From: Candidatus Eremiobacteria bacterium
GTDB taxonomy: Bacteria; Vulcanimicrobiota; Vulcanimicrobiia; Vulcanimicrobiales; Vulcanimicrobiaceae
DNA: 64,000 nt
Direction of reading: 5' to 3'
Assembly (NCBI GenBank): GCA_963737065.1
Contig: CAVTRC010000001.1
Coordinates: forward strand, 864,001-928,000
Part shown: piece by piece, positions 51,930 through 62,712 of the stretch
How the letters are laid out: every line of letters starts with the position of its first letter
Position numbering within the stretch: the first letter of the stretch is position 1
Translations under genes and position numbers: made by a program
The notes under the pieces: generated by a model
What the model was told of the DNA's origin: nothing
The model's database searches: none
What the model saw: only the letters and a program-made list of their open reading frames with translations

Positions 51930-52949
51930 TCAGGAACGCGATGCTTTTGCGGTGAGCGACATTCGCACTAATTCGCTGACCATGTTCGGGCTGACGTTCG
52001 TGCGAGCGATACGTTGCGCGTCGTCGATTTTCGCGAGCATCGCGATCGCGTCGGAGGATTGAAGCCGCGGCAGCTCGCCGATCTCCTGTTCGTAATCCAC
52101 GGCGACAAGAGATGCCGAGGGTCCGGCAACCGAACGCGCCGTCCAATCGCGCACGAACGATTTGAGGATCTCTAGCCCCTCGTGCAGCGTTTCCCGCGTT
52201 GCCCATATCTCTTCGGGTGTATCGCCATCAACCACGGCAAAGAACCACTGCGCGACCTGCGCGCGAAGCGACTCTTCATCGCCGGTGAGCGCGGCGATTG
52301 CGCGGCTGACGCTGCCTTGGCCGAGCGACGCGCCCAAGTGCGCCTGTTCCTCGTCATAGTTCATGGCGCGGAGAATCGACCGCACTTGCGCTTGCGAAAG
52401 CGCAGGAAAGCGAAGCTCGATGAGGCGCGAGCGGATCGTCGCCAGCAACCGTCCCGGTGCAGATGTAGTGAGCAGCAACACGACGCCGCGCGGAGGTTCT
52501 TCGAAAAACTTCAACAGCGCGTTCGCCGCGTGATGCGTGGCGAAATCGACGTCACCCAGCAAAAGCACGCGCATGCCGCCGCTGTAGGACTGCATCGAAA
52601 GCTGACGCACCAAGTCGCGGGCCGTCAACTCCTCACTTTCGTAAAATCCCATCGCGGCATCGCTGTCACCGATCTTTAGGACACCGGTATGCTCGAGAAA
52701 GTCCGGATGGCGCGCAGCCTCGGCGCTCGCAAACAACCGGCAGGAATTACAGGTGCCGTCGTAGCCGAGAATTTCGCGTTTCGGCGCCTCGCACAGAAGC
52801 GATTGCGCGAGCCGCCGCGCAAATGTCTTTTTCCCAACACCGGGCGCGCCCGTGAAGAGATATGCGTGAGCGATCGAATCGCGCTCGAGCTGCCCAAAAT
52901 ATGCTTTCGGGCCGTCGGCTCCCACGACATCGAAATGCAGTTCGGTCAC
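51930..52949 (-). CDS. holB: DNA polymerase III delta' subunit
   Basis: HAYLFTG; C...C..C zinc motif; HPD; ANALLKFFEEPP; TIRSR; follows tmk. Confidence 0.9.
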   Translation of the reverse strand: MTELHFDVVGADGPKAYFGQLERDSIAHAYLFTGAPGVGKKTFARRLAQSLLCEAPKREILGYDGTCNSCRLFASAEAARHPDFLEHTGVLKIGDSDAAMGFYESEELTARDLVRQLSMQSYSGGMRVLLLGDVDFATHHAANALLKFFEEPPRGVVLLLTTSAPGRLLATIRSRLIELRFPALSQAQVRSILRAMNYDEEQAHLGASLGQGSVSRAIAALTGDEESLRAQVAQWFFAVVDGDTPEEIWATRETLHEGLEILKSFVRDWTARSVAGPSASLVAVDYEQEIGELPRLQSSDAIAMLAKIDDAQRIARTNVSPNMVSELVRMSLTAKASRS

Positions 52950-53554
52950 GATGCGTAATTGAGGATCTCATCGAGTGCGGCGTCGACGAGTTGCTCGGGT
53001 GTTCGAGTCGCATCAAAGACGCGATACCGGCCGCCATCACGGGCGAGCGCAAGAAAACCGTCGCGGACGCGCACGTGGAATGCGTCGTCTTCCGCCTCCA
53101 TGCGGTCCGGGTCTGCCGTGCGCGCACGCACTCGCTCGCGCGAAATCGCGACCGGGAGATCGAGCACGATCGTGAGATCGGGCGTGAGGCCGGCGGTTGC
53201 AATAGTGCAGAGTTCGCGTAGAAGCTCCAGATCGATGCCGCGCGCATAGCCCTGATACGCGAGCGTCGAATCGACGAAACGATCGCACAGGACCGTCGCT
53301 CCGCGGTCGAGCGCGGGTGAAATTACGTCGACGACGTGCTGCGCGCGGGCGGCGTTGATCAGGAGCGCTTCGGTGAGCGCCGCCGGTTTGAGGACCAGTT
53401 TCAGAAATACGTCGCGGATCGCGTCGCCCACGCTGGTCCCCCCGGGCTCTCGCGTAACGATGATTTCACCGCCTCTTTTCCGTAAGCGTGCTGAAAGGCC
53501 GGCGAGCAGTGTACTCTTGCCGCTGCCTTCGATGCCTTCGACGGTGATAAACAT
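52946..53554 (-). CDS. tmk: Thymidylate kinase
   Basis: EGIEGSGKST; REPGGT; DRFVDSTLAYQG. Confidence 0.97.
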   Translation of the reverse strand: MFITVEGIEGSGKSTLLAGLSARLRKRGGEIIVTREPGGTSVGDAIRDVFLKLVLKPAALTEALLINAARAQHVVDVISPALDRGATVLCDRFVDSTLAYQGYARGIDLELLRELCTIATAGLTPDLTIVLDLPVAISRERVRARTADPDRMEAEDDAFHVRVRDGFLALARDGGRYRVFDATRTPEQLVDAALDEILNYAS

Positions 53555-53644
53555 TACGGTTCAACGTTCGACGGAGCGGCTTTGCATGTCTTTCGCGGCG
53601 TTCGCGAACGCAGGCACGACAAGCGCTGTGCCGGCGCGCGGCGG

Positions 53645-54310
53645 CTACGGCAATTTACCGCCGAACGTTTCGCGTTGCCAGTCGTCGAGAAACGCTTGTA
53701 ACTCCGCGACGCGCGCTGCACCAAGCTTCTTCCCCGTTCTCGTAATGAGTTTCGGTGGAATATCAGTCACGAAGCCGCGAAGCGTCGCAATTTCTTTTGC
53801 GGCGCTTTCACCGTTTGCGCCGGTGAGTGAGATCATCCGCGCTTCACCGATTGCACCGAGAAAATCGAGCGAATCGGCGTCATGTAAGACGATCGCTTCC
53901 GGTTCGTTTCCGGGGTTCGAATAGTACATGTGCCCCCGCATCGCTGCCGCGACGCGGGGAAATTTTTCCATCGGAAACCCGGCCGCGCGGAGGATCGGCT
54001 CGCTCTCTACGGCTGCCACATCGCCGTGCTCGCCTTTTCGTTGATACGGCGGAAATGCAGCCATGTCGTGAAGCATGCATGCGGCGAAGAGCACGTCGGT
54101 ATCGATCGTCAATGCGTCGCCTTCGGCTAATTCGATCGCGAGGCCATAATTGCGTTCGGCGTGCTGCCATCCCCACGCGGGATGCTTGAACCCGGGATGG
54201 ACGAGATGATAGACGGTAACTTTCCATGGCGCATCCAAGGGAATTCCCGTGACCGTTGTTGGAGGCGCCGGTGATGCGACGGCAAGGACGATCGCTAACA
54301 ATAGGCTCAT
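53645..54310 (-). CDS. HD-domain protein with predicted signal peptide
   Basis: H...LHD...H...DAD pattern; hydrophobic N-terminus ending AVA; GGAGG RBS. Confidence 0.82.
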   Translation of the reverse strand: MSLLLAIVLAVASPAPPTTVTGIPLDAPWKVTVYHLVHPGFKHPAWGWQHAERNYGLAIELAEGDALTIDTDVLFAACMLHDMAAFPPYQRKGEHGDVAAVESEPILRAAGFPMEKFPRVAAAMRGHMYYSNPGNEPEAIVLHDADSLDFLGAIGEARMISLTGANGESAAKEIATLRGFVTDIPPKLITRTGKKLGAARVAELQAFLDDWQRETFGGKLP

Positions 54311-54363
54311 CTTCCGCCCTCCGGCTCGAAATGCGCAGCGAGTTTTTTAGGATCGTGTCAACG

Positions 54364-55905
54364 CTATTCCGGGACTTTGAAGATCCGTACGCGGCGGTTC
54401 GGCTCGAGACCGGTACTGCGTGATTGCAGGCGGTATTTCTCGGCCAGCTGATGCTGCATTCGGCGCACGTACGAGGTCTGCGGCGAAAGCTCGATGCCTT
54501 GATTCGTCAGCAGAACCTGATACACGGCTTCTTCTGCTTCGCGAAGCGCAATCTCTTCGTTGTCGATTGAGCCCAAGTTGAAAACGTCACGCAGCGCCGT
54601 TTGAATCTGCGTGGTCGTGTTTGTCTTTATCGCATAGATTGGAACGTTGTCGGAGGCAATTTGTTTGAGTTTCGGCTGGCCCTTGCGCTCGAGCGTCTTG
54701 AGCGTTAGTACGACGTCCGCGTCGTCCCAGTTCCGCGCGATCGACGCGTTGACACGCAAATTGTGCACCGCGCGCTCGATCTTGTTGCGCGAAACGCCGT
54801 ACGGGAAGATCATGAGGGGTTTGTCATGCGCTTCGTCGTGCTGGTCGTGGTGCTCGTAGGCTTCCGCAAGTTGCGGCATCGATTCCGTATCCGCCTCCTG
54901 CACGATCGCCACGTCGCCGCTCGCCGTGCGCTGACGGATCTCGGGTTGCGGCTGGTATCCGCGCAAGAGTGCGTCCACGACTTCTGCGACGTTCTTGTGA
55001 ATTGCGAGCCGGTCGCGCTCTTGAATCTCGACGAGAAGGTCGAACGTCGGCGGCGCCTTTCGTTCGAGCACCGTCTTGCGCGTACCGCGGCGGCGCGCTT
55101 CTTCATCCGACAAGGTGACCGCGCTGATGCCGCCCACCAAATCGGAGAGCGTCGGATTCATCAAGAGATTCTCGAGCGTCTGACCGTGCGCGGTGCCGAT
55201 GAGCGTGACGCCTCGCTCCGCAATCGTGCGCGCCGCTTGCGCTTCCGCTTCCGTACCGATCTCATCGATCACAATTACTTCCGGCATGTGATTTTCGACG
55301 GCTTCGATCATAACGGCGTGTTGCAGCGCGGGGTCCGCGACTTGCATGCGGCGCGCGAGACCGATTCCCGGGTGCGGAATGTCGCTGTCGCCGGCGATTT
55401 CATTCGACGTGTCGACGATGACGACGCGCTTGCGGTCTTCCGAGAGTATGCGTGCGCATTCACGAAGCATCGTTGTTTTGCCGACGCCCGGACGTCCGAG
55501 CAAGCAAATCGATTTACCGCTTCGCAACACGTCGAGCAAAATGTCGATCGTGCCGTACACGGCGCGTCCGACGCGACACGTCAGACCGACGATCTTTCCT
55601 TGCCGGTTACGAATAGCGCTGATGCGATGTAGTGTTTGCTCGATACCAGCCCGGTTGTCGGCACCGAACGGCGAGATACGAGAACAAACGTGCGCGATGT
55701 CTTCGTTGGTAACCGGCGTCTCGGAAAGATAGCGGAAGTCCGCAGCAAATCGAGCCTCGGGCGGACGTCCCAGGTCGAGCACGACTTCGATGATCTCTTC
55801 GAGGTTGGGAAGCCGGACTAGCGCTTGCCGGATGGGGAGTGGGAAGATATCGAGCAGTTGGGAGAGCTCCCAACTCGGGGAGATCGATTGCGCCTTAACC
55901 GCCAA
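54364..55905 (-). CDS. SpoIIIAA/Ycf45-like AAA ATPase with C-terminal R3H domain
   Basis: [38 protein letters not shown]3H motif. Confidence 0.9.
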   Translation of the reverse strand: MAVKAQSISPSWELSQLLDIFPLPIRQALVRLPNLEEIIEVVLDLGRPPEARFAADFRYLSETPVTNEDIAHVCSRISPFGADNRAGIEQTLHRISAIRNRQGKIVGLTCRVGRAVYGTIDILLDVLRSGKSICLLGRPGVGKTTMLRECARILSEDRKRVVIVDTSNEIAGDSDIPHPGIGLARRMQVADPALQHAVMIEAVENHMPEVIVIDEIGTEAEAQAARTIAERGVTLIGTAHGQTLENLLMNPTLSDLVGGISAVTLSDEEARRRGTRKTVLERKAPPTFDLLVEIQERDRLAIHKNVAEVVDALLRGYQPQPEIRQRTASGDVAIVQEADTESMPQLAEAYEHHDQHDEAHDKPLMIFPYGVSRNKIERAVHNLRVNASIARNWDDADVVLTLKTLERKGQPKLKQIASDNVPIYAIKTNTTTQIQTALRDVFNLGSIDNEEIALREAEEAVYQVLLTNQGIELSPQTSYVRRMQHQLAEKYRLQSRSTGLEPNRRVRIFKVPE

Positions 55906-56133
55906 CAGTGACCCTCGCTTCCAAGGGAGTGTGCGAACGTGTTACCCACATCTTGTGCCCGGCCCTGCCCGCTCGCACTATGCAATGTGGGAGGAATGCC
56001 TCTCTAGCTTTGTATCGGCACGCAAGGCCACTCGTAAGTACCATTCCACAATAAATGACTCGCCTGGGAGACGGTTTGGATGCGAAAAACGTTTACCGAG
56101 CCGCGACGCGCGGCCGCGTTCACGAAGTGATCG

Positions 56134-57648
56134 TCATGTCACGACGCGCACGGTCTTGAGTTCGTCGTCGTATGGGCCCTGGATCCGAACGCCCGCACGC
56201 AATTCGAGGCGTAAATAGTCGATCAGTTCAGGCGTAATCTCTTCGCCCGGCGAGATGACCGGGATACCGGGCGGATACGGTGAGATCGTTTCCGCGCAAA
56301 TCCGCCCGGCCGAATCCTTGAACGGTACGGATTCCGTGTCCGCGAGAAACGCATCGCGCGGGAGCATACGCATCGGCGGAATCGCCGGCAATTCGTAACT
56401 CTTGCGCGTCATGCGCTGTTCGAGGATGCCCGACGGAGCATACATGTCGAGCGGACGTTGGTCGTGCGCCAGCTCTTCGAATGCCGTCACGAAGCGTTCC
56501 GCCGCGTCCCGCGTCGTGCCGATCGTGAACAACGCAACGATATTGAAGAGATCCGCGAGCTCGACTTGGATGTTGTACCGCTTGCGCAGAATTTCGGACG
56601 CTTCGTATCCGGTGTAGCCGAGGCCCGTTACCCGCACGGTGACCTTCGTAGGATCGAGGTCGAATATGCCTTCGCGCCCCTGCAGCTCTTCACCGAAACA
56701 GTAGATCCCTTCGATCGCGTTCAGTCGACTGCGAATCTCGTTCGCGAGTTCGATCGTTTGCGAGAGCAGCGCCGCACCCTCGGTCGCCATTTGTTTGCGC
56801 GCAACGTCGAGCGATGCGACCATCGGCAAATTTGGTGACGTCGACAAAAACATCTTGAGTACCGACTTCAGCCGATCGAGCCGCACGCGATCGCCGATTT
56901 GATGCAGCATCGCGCACTGGGAGAATGCGGAGAGCATCTTGTGCGTTGAATTGATGGACAAATCCGCACCGGCTGCCGTCGCAGAAATCGGGAGCGCCGG
57001 ATGGAAGTGAAAATGCGGCCCCCACGCTTCATCGATGAGCAACATCTTGCCACGTTCGTGCGCGATGCGTTCGATCGAGACGAGATCCGCCGCGACGCCG
57101 TAGTACGTCGGCGACACGAGATAAACGGCTCTAATGTCCGGATGCGCATCCAATGTCCGCTCCACCGTTTCCGGCGTAACGGCATTGTCGATGTGCATCT
57201 CTTGATCCACGGCCGGCTGCATGTAGACCGGCTCCGCGCCACTCATCACCAATCCGCCCAGCATCGACTTGTGCGAATTACGCGGCACGGCGATCTTCTC
57301 GCCGGGATTCAACGCGGTCATCATCATGCACTGATTGCCGCTCGTGGACCCGTTGATGAGGAAAAACGTATGTTCGGCACCATACGCCTGAGCGGCAAGC
57401 TCTTGTGCGTCCTTGATCGATTCCGTCGGCTGCAGCAAATCATCGATGCCTGGCATCGGCGTAAGGTCGATCGCGAGGATATTGTCTCCGACGAATTCGC
57501 GGAAGGCACGATCCGCGCCATGACCTTGCATATGACCGGGCGTATGGAACGGCTGCACGCCGGAATCGACATAGTCGAGCAACGCTTGGAAATACGGCGT
57601 CCGCGTCTGATCGAGCGGCTCGCGATCGGGTCGCGGTTCGGCAGCCAC
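56134..57648 (-). CDS. Orn/Lys/Arg decarboxylase (PLP-dependent, YaaO-like)
   Basis: FHTPGH; NGST; RNSHKS; DEAWG; STHK; PYPPGIP. Confidence 0.92.
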   Translation of the reverse strand: MAAEPRPDREPLDQTRTPYFQALLDYVDSGVQPFHTPGHMQGHGADRAFREFVGDNILAIDLTPMPGIDDLLQPTESIKDAQELAAQAYGAEHTFFLINGSTSGNQCMMMTALNPGEKIAVPRNSHKSMLGGLVMSGAEPVYMQPAVDQEMHIDNAVTPETVERTLDAHPDIRAVYLVSPTYYGVAADLVSIERIAHERGKMLLIDEAWGPHFHFHPALPISATAAGADLSINSTHKMLSAFSQCAMLHQIGDRVRLDRLKSVLKMFLSTSPNLPMVASLDVARKQMATEGAALLSQTIELANEIRSRLNAIEGIYCFGEELQGREGIFDLDPTKVTVRVTGLGYTGYEASEILRKRYNIQVELADLFNIVALFTIGTTRDAAERFVTAFEELAHDQRPLDMYAPSGILEQRMTRKSYELPAIPPMRMLPRDAFLADTESVPFKDSAGRICAETISPYPPGIPVISPGEEITPELIDYLRLELRAGVRIQGPYDDELKTVRVVT

Positions 57649-57652
57649 CCAG

Positions 57653-57982
57653 CTACGCCATTACTTCGAAACCGAGTCGTTCCAGCATCGCGAAGTCATC
57701 TTCGTCTCCGCGGCCGCTCCTCGTCAAGTGGTTTCCAAGCACGATGCCGCTTGCGCCGCTGCGCATGCCGAAATCCTCTAGCATTCGCAGCATGGTTTCA
57801 CGCCGCCGCGAAACCGGACCAATGCGCGCGGCAGCGCGGGACGCGCCATGGCGACGAAACACACCGTGCCGGCGCGAATCGATCGGCGACGTGCTGCCGC
57901 CGCGAACAAAGGTACGCTGCGACGCATCGAAGGACTGCATCTGGGTGAACGAAAGCCAGAGCCGGAACCGAACTTCTACCAT
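57653..57982 (-). CDS. Hypothetical protein (reading frame uncertain)
   Basis: Fills the gap directly upstream of the decarboxylase; Arg-rich middle could reflect a frame error. Confidence 0.35.
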   Translation of the reverse strand: MVEVRFRLWLSFTQMQSFDASQRTFVRGGSTSPIDSRRHGVFRRHGASRAAARIGPVSRRRETMLRMLEDFGMRSGASGIVLGNHLTRSGRGDEDDFAMLERLGFEVMA

Positions 57983-58000
57983 GAGTGAGCCGAGCTTCGC

Positions 58001-59485
58001 GTGGACGCCGCGGTAATCATCGTCGGCGGAGGCCCCGTCGGCCTCTCGCTGTCGCTCGGTTTGGCGCGCTACGGCGTGCGTTCTATGCTACTCGAACGCA
58101 ACGCCGAGCCCGTTGCGGAGTCGCGCGCCGTTGTCATCTGGCCGCGTACGCAAGAAATATTCCGCGATTGGGGCGTCTACGATGCCGTGCGCTCGCGCTC
58201 GCGATTCATCGATGAACTGATCGTCGTTAACGCGCGAAACGAAAAAGTACTGGTTGCGCTTGATTGGAACGTTATCGATGACGTCGTCGAGAAACCTGGG
58301 GCCTTGATCATCCCGCAAAACGAAACCGAGAGCGCCTTACGGGAGCTGGTGCGCGCAAATCAGTTGTGCGAATTGCGCACCGGTGTGACGGTTACCGGCC
58401 TGCGCCAAGATCACGAAGCCGTCGACGTAACGTACGCCGACGGCGCAAACAAACATGTCGTGCGCGGCAGCTACGTAGCGGGATGCGACGGCGCGCACGG
58501 GGTCGTGCGCCATCTCGTCGGCCTCGCGCTCCAGGGCACGACGTATGACACTCGCATCGTATTGAGCGACGAGCTGTTCGATGAGGACTTCGACCGCGGC
58601 GTTACCGCACGCGCGCGGCTCGATCACGTACACGTTCGCGGCGCGCTGAAGTTCGGCGAGCGCATGTGGCGCGTCGTCGCCGCCGTTCCTGCTGACGACG
58701 GGAACGACGAAGACATTCTCTCGCAATGCGCACATCAGGAACGTCTTCGCGATATCTTCGGTGACCGCGCGTCGACGACCATGTGGAGCAGCGTATTCAA
58801 CATCCATAAGCGACATGCACAGCAATTTGTGGTGGGCCGTGTCGCGCTCGCAGGGGATGCAGCACACCTGAACAGCCCAGCCGGAGGCCAGGGAATGAAT
58901 GCAGGCATTCAAGATGCGGCAAATTTAGCTTGGAAAATCGCTTACGCGTTGCGCGGTCAGGGAGACGGCCGTACTCTCTTCGGAAGCTTCGATGTCGAGC
59001 GGCGCGAGATGGTCACCGATACGATCGAACGATATACGGACCGCCTGACGCGGGTCGCGCTTGGGGTTTCCACGCGCGCAAAACAATTCGTCGTGCGCGC
59101 GGTATCGCGCGCCATTCGCGGCCGCGGCATGCAGCGTAAGACATGCCGGGCGCTCGGAATGCTAAGCGGACGCTATACGAAATCGCCGATCATCGACATT
59201 AGCCACCCGCTGGCAGGCCGGCGCATCGATGATTTACGGCTTGAACACGGCCGGCGCATCAGTGAGATGCGCAACGGCGATCCCTTACTCGTCGTCGTCG
59301 GAGATTACGAGCTTGCTGTCCCACACGTTACAATTCGCACGCCGCCGAAACGCTGGCACGTGAAACCGCCTGTCGTATTGATCGTGCGTCCCGATGGGTG
59401 CGTGGCGTCCGTCGTGACAAAACCGACGCGCGAACGCATCGAGAGCGCATGGAATAAGGCCTTTTGCGGAACGCTGCGGCTGTGA
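58001..59485 (+). CDS. FAD-dependent monooxygenase (PheA/TfdB-like)
   Basis: GGGPVG; GCDG; GDAAH..SPAGGQGMN.GIQDA; VRPDG. Confidence 0.92.
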   Translation: MDAAVIIVGGGPVGLSLSLGLARYGVRSMLLERNAEPVAESRAVVIWPRTQEIFRDWGVYDAVRSRSRFIDELIVVNARNEKVLVALDWNVIDDVVEKPGALIIPQNETESALRELVRANQLCELRTGVTVTGLRQDHEAVDVTYADGANKHVVRGSYVAGCDGAHGVVRHLVGLALQGTTYDTRIVLSDELFDEDFDRGVTARARLDHVHVRGALKFGERMWRVVAAVPADDGNDEDILSQCAHQERLRDIFGDRASTTMWSSVFNIHKRHAQQFVVGRVALAGDAAHLNSPAGGQGMNAGIQDAANLAWKIAYALRGQGDGRTLFGSFDVERREMVTDTIERYTDRLTRVALGVSTRAKQFVVRAVSRAIRGRGMQRKTCRALGMLSGRYTKSPIIDISHPLAGRRIDDLRLEHGRRISEMRNGDPLLVVVGDYELAVPHVTIRTPPKRWHVKPPVVLIVRPDGCVASVVTKPTRERIESAWNKAFCGTLRL

Positions 59486-59730
59486 CGGACTGGATTACAT
59501 GGCTGTACATCGGCGGCGGCGTTCTGATGATGATTTCGGCCGTAATCCCGTCCCGCAGCTCTGCCATAACGCGCAGCGGCGCAGCGATCTTCGGATTCGG
59601 CGCACTCATCGTCGGGATTTCGCGCCTGCAATCCGATGCAACACCAATCAGATACGCGGGATCGGTGATTCTCGTCATCGGGGCCGTGGTGTACGTGATC
59701 GGATCGGTACGCGACCGCAAGGTAAAGTAA
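59482..59730 (+). CDS. Small membrane protein
   Basis: Three hydrophobic segments; GTGA overlap with the monooxygenase stop. Confidence 0.6.
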   Translation: MTDWITWLYIGGGVLMMISAVIPSRSSAITRSGAAIFGFGALIVGISRLQSDATPIRYAGSVILVIGAVVYVIGSVRDRKVK

Positions 59731-59758
59731 ACCGGCACACCGAGCCGCAGAAGTATAC

Positions 59759-60289
59759 TTATCCTTCGATGCGCTCGTCGATCGATACGTTGTAGAGGAA
59801 TAAGAACTTGCCCCATTCATCGGGCAGCGTGTTGCGCTTGATTTGAATCCAGGGGATGTACTTCGGCTGACGTGGTTTCTTTTTCAACGTCAGATTGCAT
59901 TCGTTCGGCGTGCGGTTGTTCTTGCGGTTGTTACAGCGCATACACGCGCAGACAAGATTCTCCCACGTCGACGGTCCGCCGCGGCTCTTCGGCACGACGT
60001 GATCGACGGTCATGAGCTTCTCGCCGCGGACGCCGCAGTACTGACACGTGTGATTGTCACGAATCAAAACGTTCTTCTTCGTCAACGCGACTTTTTGCAT
60101 GGGCCGCCGGATGTAGTACAACATCCGGATGATGGAGGGCATGCGCATCTCGTAGCGCGTCGATGCAAGAATCCGGTCGCGGTCGTGAACGATCTCCGCT
60201 TTACCGGAAAACAGCAACTTGACCGCGCGCTGGAAGCTCGTGATGTTCAGGGCTTCATACGTAAAATTCAAGACGAGCACGTCGCTCAC
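59759..60289 (-). CDS. HNH endonuclease
   Basis: VLVLN; RDNHTCQYCG; DHVVPKSRGG; NLVCAC..CN..K. Confidence 0.93.
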   Translation of the reverse strand: MSDVLVLNFTYEALNITSFQRAVKLLFSGKAEIVHDRDRILASTRYEMRMPSIIRMLYYIRRPMQKVALTKKNVLIRDNHTCQYCGVRGEKLMTVDHVVPKSRGGPSTWENLVCACMRCNNRKNNRTPNECNLTLKKKPRQPKYIPWIQIKRNTLPDEWGKFLFLYNVSIDERIEG

Positions 60290-60355
60290 AATCGCTGTCC
60301 TCCTTCAGCGCGCGGCGGCGGATATCGGTGACAACATGCAAGAAAGCGAGACACT

Positions 60356-60655
60356 TTAGGTGCCTCGCTTTTTTACGAACGTCATTCGGGTTTCGGTCAG
60401 CATCTGCGTGATCGCTAACCTTTCGTCGGGCCGCAACCTTTCTTTCACCCGTTCGAAAGCGCTCGTCGCGACGTCGATCGCCGCTTCCGCACTGGGGAAA
60501 TCGGGTTCACGTTGGTCCGTGTCCGACAGATACGCATGCGCCGCAAGCGCGAGCGTCGCAATCACTTCGGTGAGCAACGGCTCGAGCGGCGGGATCTGCC
60601 CTTGGAATCCGGCCTGTGCGCCCGGAGGGGCCGCGTGCGAACTCATTTGTCGCAC
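60356..60655 (-). CDS. Hypothetical helical protein (DUF1844-like)
   Basis: D...A..AID...L..DER......L...RM.FV pattern; follows pdxT. Confidence 0.6.
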   Translation of the reverse strand: MRQMSSHAAPPGAQAGFQGQIPPLEPLLTEVIATLALAAHAYLSDTDQREPDFPSAEAAIDVATSAFERVKERLRPDERLAITQMLTETRMTFVKKRGT

Positions 60656-60658
60656 AGA

Positions 60659-61285
60659 TTATGCGGCCGAAGATGTCTTCCCTACGGTTTTTCTCGCCGC
60701 ATCGACGATTTTCAAGAAGTACGCATGAACGCGCGGATCGTTCGTAAGCTCGGGATGGAACGATGTTCCGAGCACGTTTCCCTGGCGAACCATAACGCCG
60801 TGGCCGTCACGTTCGGCGAGCAATTCGACCGAGGGACCGACGCGTTCGATCCACGGCGCGCGAATGAAGATCGCGGGAAACGGCTGCGCACCGAGCACGT
60901 CGATCTGCAGATCCACTTCGGCGGAGTCGTTCTGCCGGCCGAACGCATTGCGACGCACGGTAATGTCGATCAAGTCAAGCGTCGGCTGGTTGACACCCGC
61001 AACATCGTGCGCCGCGACGATCATGCCCATGCATGTGCCCCACAGCGGCATGCCGTTGTGCACGCGCGACGTGATCGGCGCGTGCAATGCGAATCGCTCG
61101 AGTAACTTCATGACCGTGGTCGACTCGCCGCCGGGAATCACGAGCCCATCGACTTTATCGAGATCCGCCTGGGTCTTCACCGCAATCGCGCGCGCCCCGG
61201 CCCGTTCGAGCGAGGCGATGTGTTCGATGACATCGCCTTGCAATGCGAGCACCCCGATGAGAGCCGGCGCGTTGCTAGTTTCCAC
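60659..61285 (-). CDS. pdxT: PLP synthase glutaminase subunit
   Basis: GVLALQG; PGGEST; GTCMG; RNAFGRQ; FHPE. Confidence 0.96.
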   Translation of the reverse strand: METSNAPALIGVLALQGDVIEHIASLERAGARAIAVKTQADLDKVDGLVIPGGESTTVMKLLERFALHAPITSRVHNGMPLWGTCMGMIVAAHDVAGVNQPTLDLIDITVRRNAFGRQNDSAEVDLQIDVLGAQPFPAIFIRAPWIERVGPSVELLAERDGHGVMVRQGNVLGTSFHPELTNDPRVHAYFLKIVDAARKTVGKTSSAA

Positions 61286-62171
61286 GCGTTGCGAGCAGTT
61301 CCGAGTCCGCAAGCTTGCGCACATCGATGCCCGGCATCGCATCCGACGTCCCGAGCGAACGGCACGCTTCGGCCACGACCTTCGCATCGTTGAAGTGCGT
61401 CGTTGCATCGACGATCGCTTTTGCGAACTTCTTCGGGTCGTTCGACTTGAAAATGCCGCTGCCGACGAAAATCCCTTCCGCGCCGAGTTGCATCATGAGC
61501 GCGGCGTCGGCCGGCGTAGAAACGCCGCCGGCGCAGAACAGCACGACCGGAAGCTTACCGGCCTCGGCGACTTCACGAACGAGCTCGTAGCTCGCGCCGA
61601 GATCGCGGGCGCGCGCAACCAGTTCTTCCTTCGGTGCAACGGTCAGCATGGATATCGCGTCATTGATCGCGCGAATGTGCCGCACGGCTTCGACGATGTT
61701 CCCGCTTCCGGCTTCACCCTTACTGCGAATCATCGCGGCGCCTTCCGTAATGCGGCGCAGCGCTTCACCGAGATCGCGCGCGCCGCAGACAAACGGCGTC
61801 GTAAACGCGTGTTTGTCGCAGTGATACAGATCGTCGGCGGGCGTGAGCACCTCCGATTCGTCGATGTAATCGACGCCGACCGATTGCAGCACTTGCGCCT
61901 CGGCAAAATGGCCGATGCGGACCTTCGCCATGACCGGAATCGTAACGGCGTCCATGATTCCTTGAATCAGCTCGACCGAGCTCATGCGCGCAACCCCACC
62001 CGCCGCGCGGATGTCGGAGGGGATTCGCTCGAGCGCCATCACCGCGACCGCGCCGGCGTCCTGTGCAATGACCGCCTGGTCGGGCGTCACGACATCCATG
62101 ATGACGCCGCCCTTGAGCATCTGCGCGAGTCCGCGCTTGACGGTGACGGTTCCGGTTTGCTGGTCGGCCAC
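61275..62171 (-). CDS. pdxS: PLP synthase lyase subunit
   Basis: [38 protein letters not shown]. Confidence 0.98.
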   Translation of the reverse strand: MADQQTGTVTVKRGLAQMLKGGVIMDVVTPDQAVIAQDAGAVAVMALERIPSDIRAAGGVARMSSVELIQGIMDAVTIPVMAKVRIGHFAEAQVLQSVGVDYIDESEVLTPADDLYHCDKHAFTTPFVCGARDLGEALRRITEGAAMIRSKGEAGSGNIVEAVRHIRAINDAISMLTVAPKEELVARARDLGASYELVREVAEAGKLPVVLFCAGGVSTPADAALMMQLGAEGIFVGSGIFKSNDPKKFAKAIVDATTHFNDAKVVAEACRSLGTSDAMPGIDVRKLADSELLATRGN

Positions 62172-62244
62172 GATGGAACTCCTCTAAAACGACGCTTTGT
62201 CTCTATCGTATCAGCGGATTCCAATAAAGACATTAGGTACAACC

Positions 62245-62712
62245 CTACGGGGCGGACGTGGGTGTCGTACCAGGCGATGGCTCCGGGCTAGCGCTCGCTT
62301 GTGGAACGGGTGAAAACGGCGGAGGCGTAAGCGTCGGCTTCGGCGAGCCGTTTGGCGGAAACGTCTGGTCCCAAATTGGGATCTTCGGATTGGGCGTCCA
62401 CTTCGGCGTCTTGCGCGGGCCCGGCGTCGGCGTGGGTTCCAGCGTCGGCAACGGCTTCGGCGGGATGCGCGGGTCGGGGAAGCTCGGATCGCCGGCAGCG
62501 GTGATCGTCTGCTCGCGTTTCCAATCAGGGCCGTAGGTTACCGGCGTCTCGGCGGGGACCGGCGTTATGACCGGTGTCGTGTCGAGCGTGCCCGAATTCG
62601 TCGCTTGAACGAGGACGTGCGTACCCATTCGTTGGCCGATGTAGATCGCGGCAAGAAGAACGACGACACCAATGCCGAGAACGACCGTGACAAAACGTTT
62701 AGATGGATCCAT
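62245..62712 (-). CDS. Membrane-anchored Pro/Thr-rich protein
   Basis: N-terminal TM helix followed by a Pro-rich extension. Confidence 0.7.
   Translation of the reverse strand: MDPSKRFVTVVLGIGVVVLLAAIYIGQRMGTHVLVQATNSGTLDTTPVITPVPAETPVTYGPDWKREQTITAAGDPSFPDPRIPPKPLPTLEPTPTPGPRKTPKWTPNPKIPIWDQTFPPNGSPKPTLTPPPFSPVPQASASPEPSPGTTPTSAP

Noticed and set aside
60864..62291. 475-aa plus-strand ORF
   Set aside because: Antisense shadow of pdxS/pdxT
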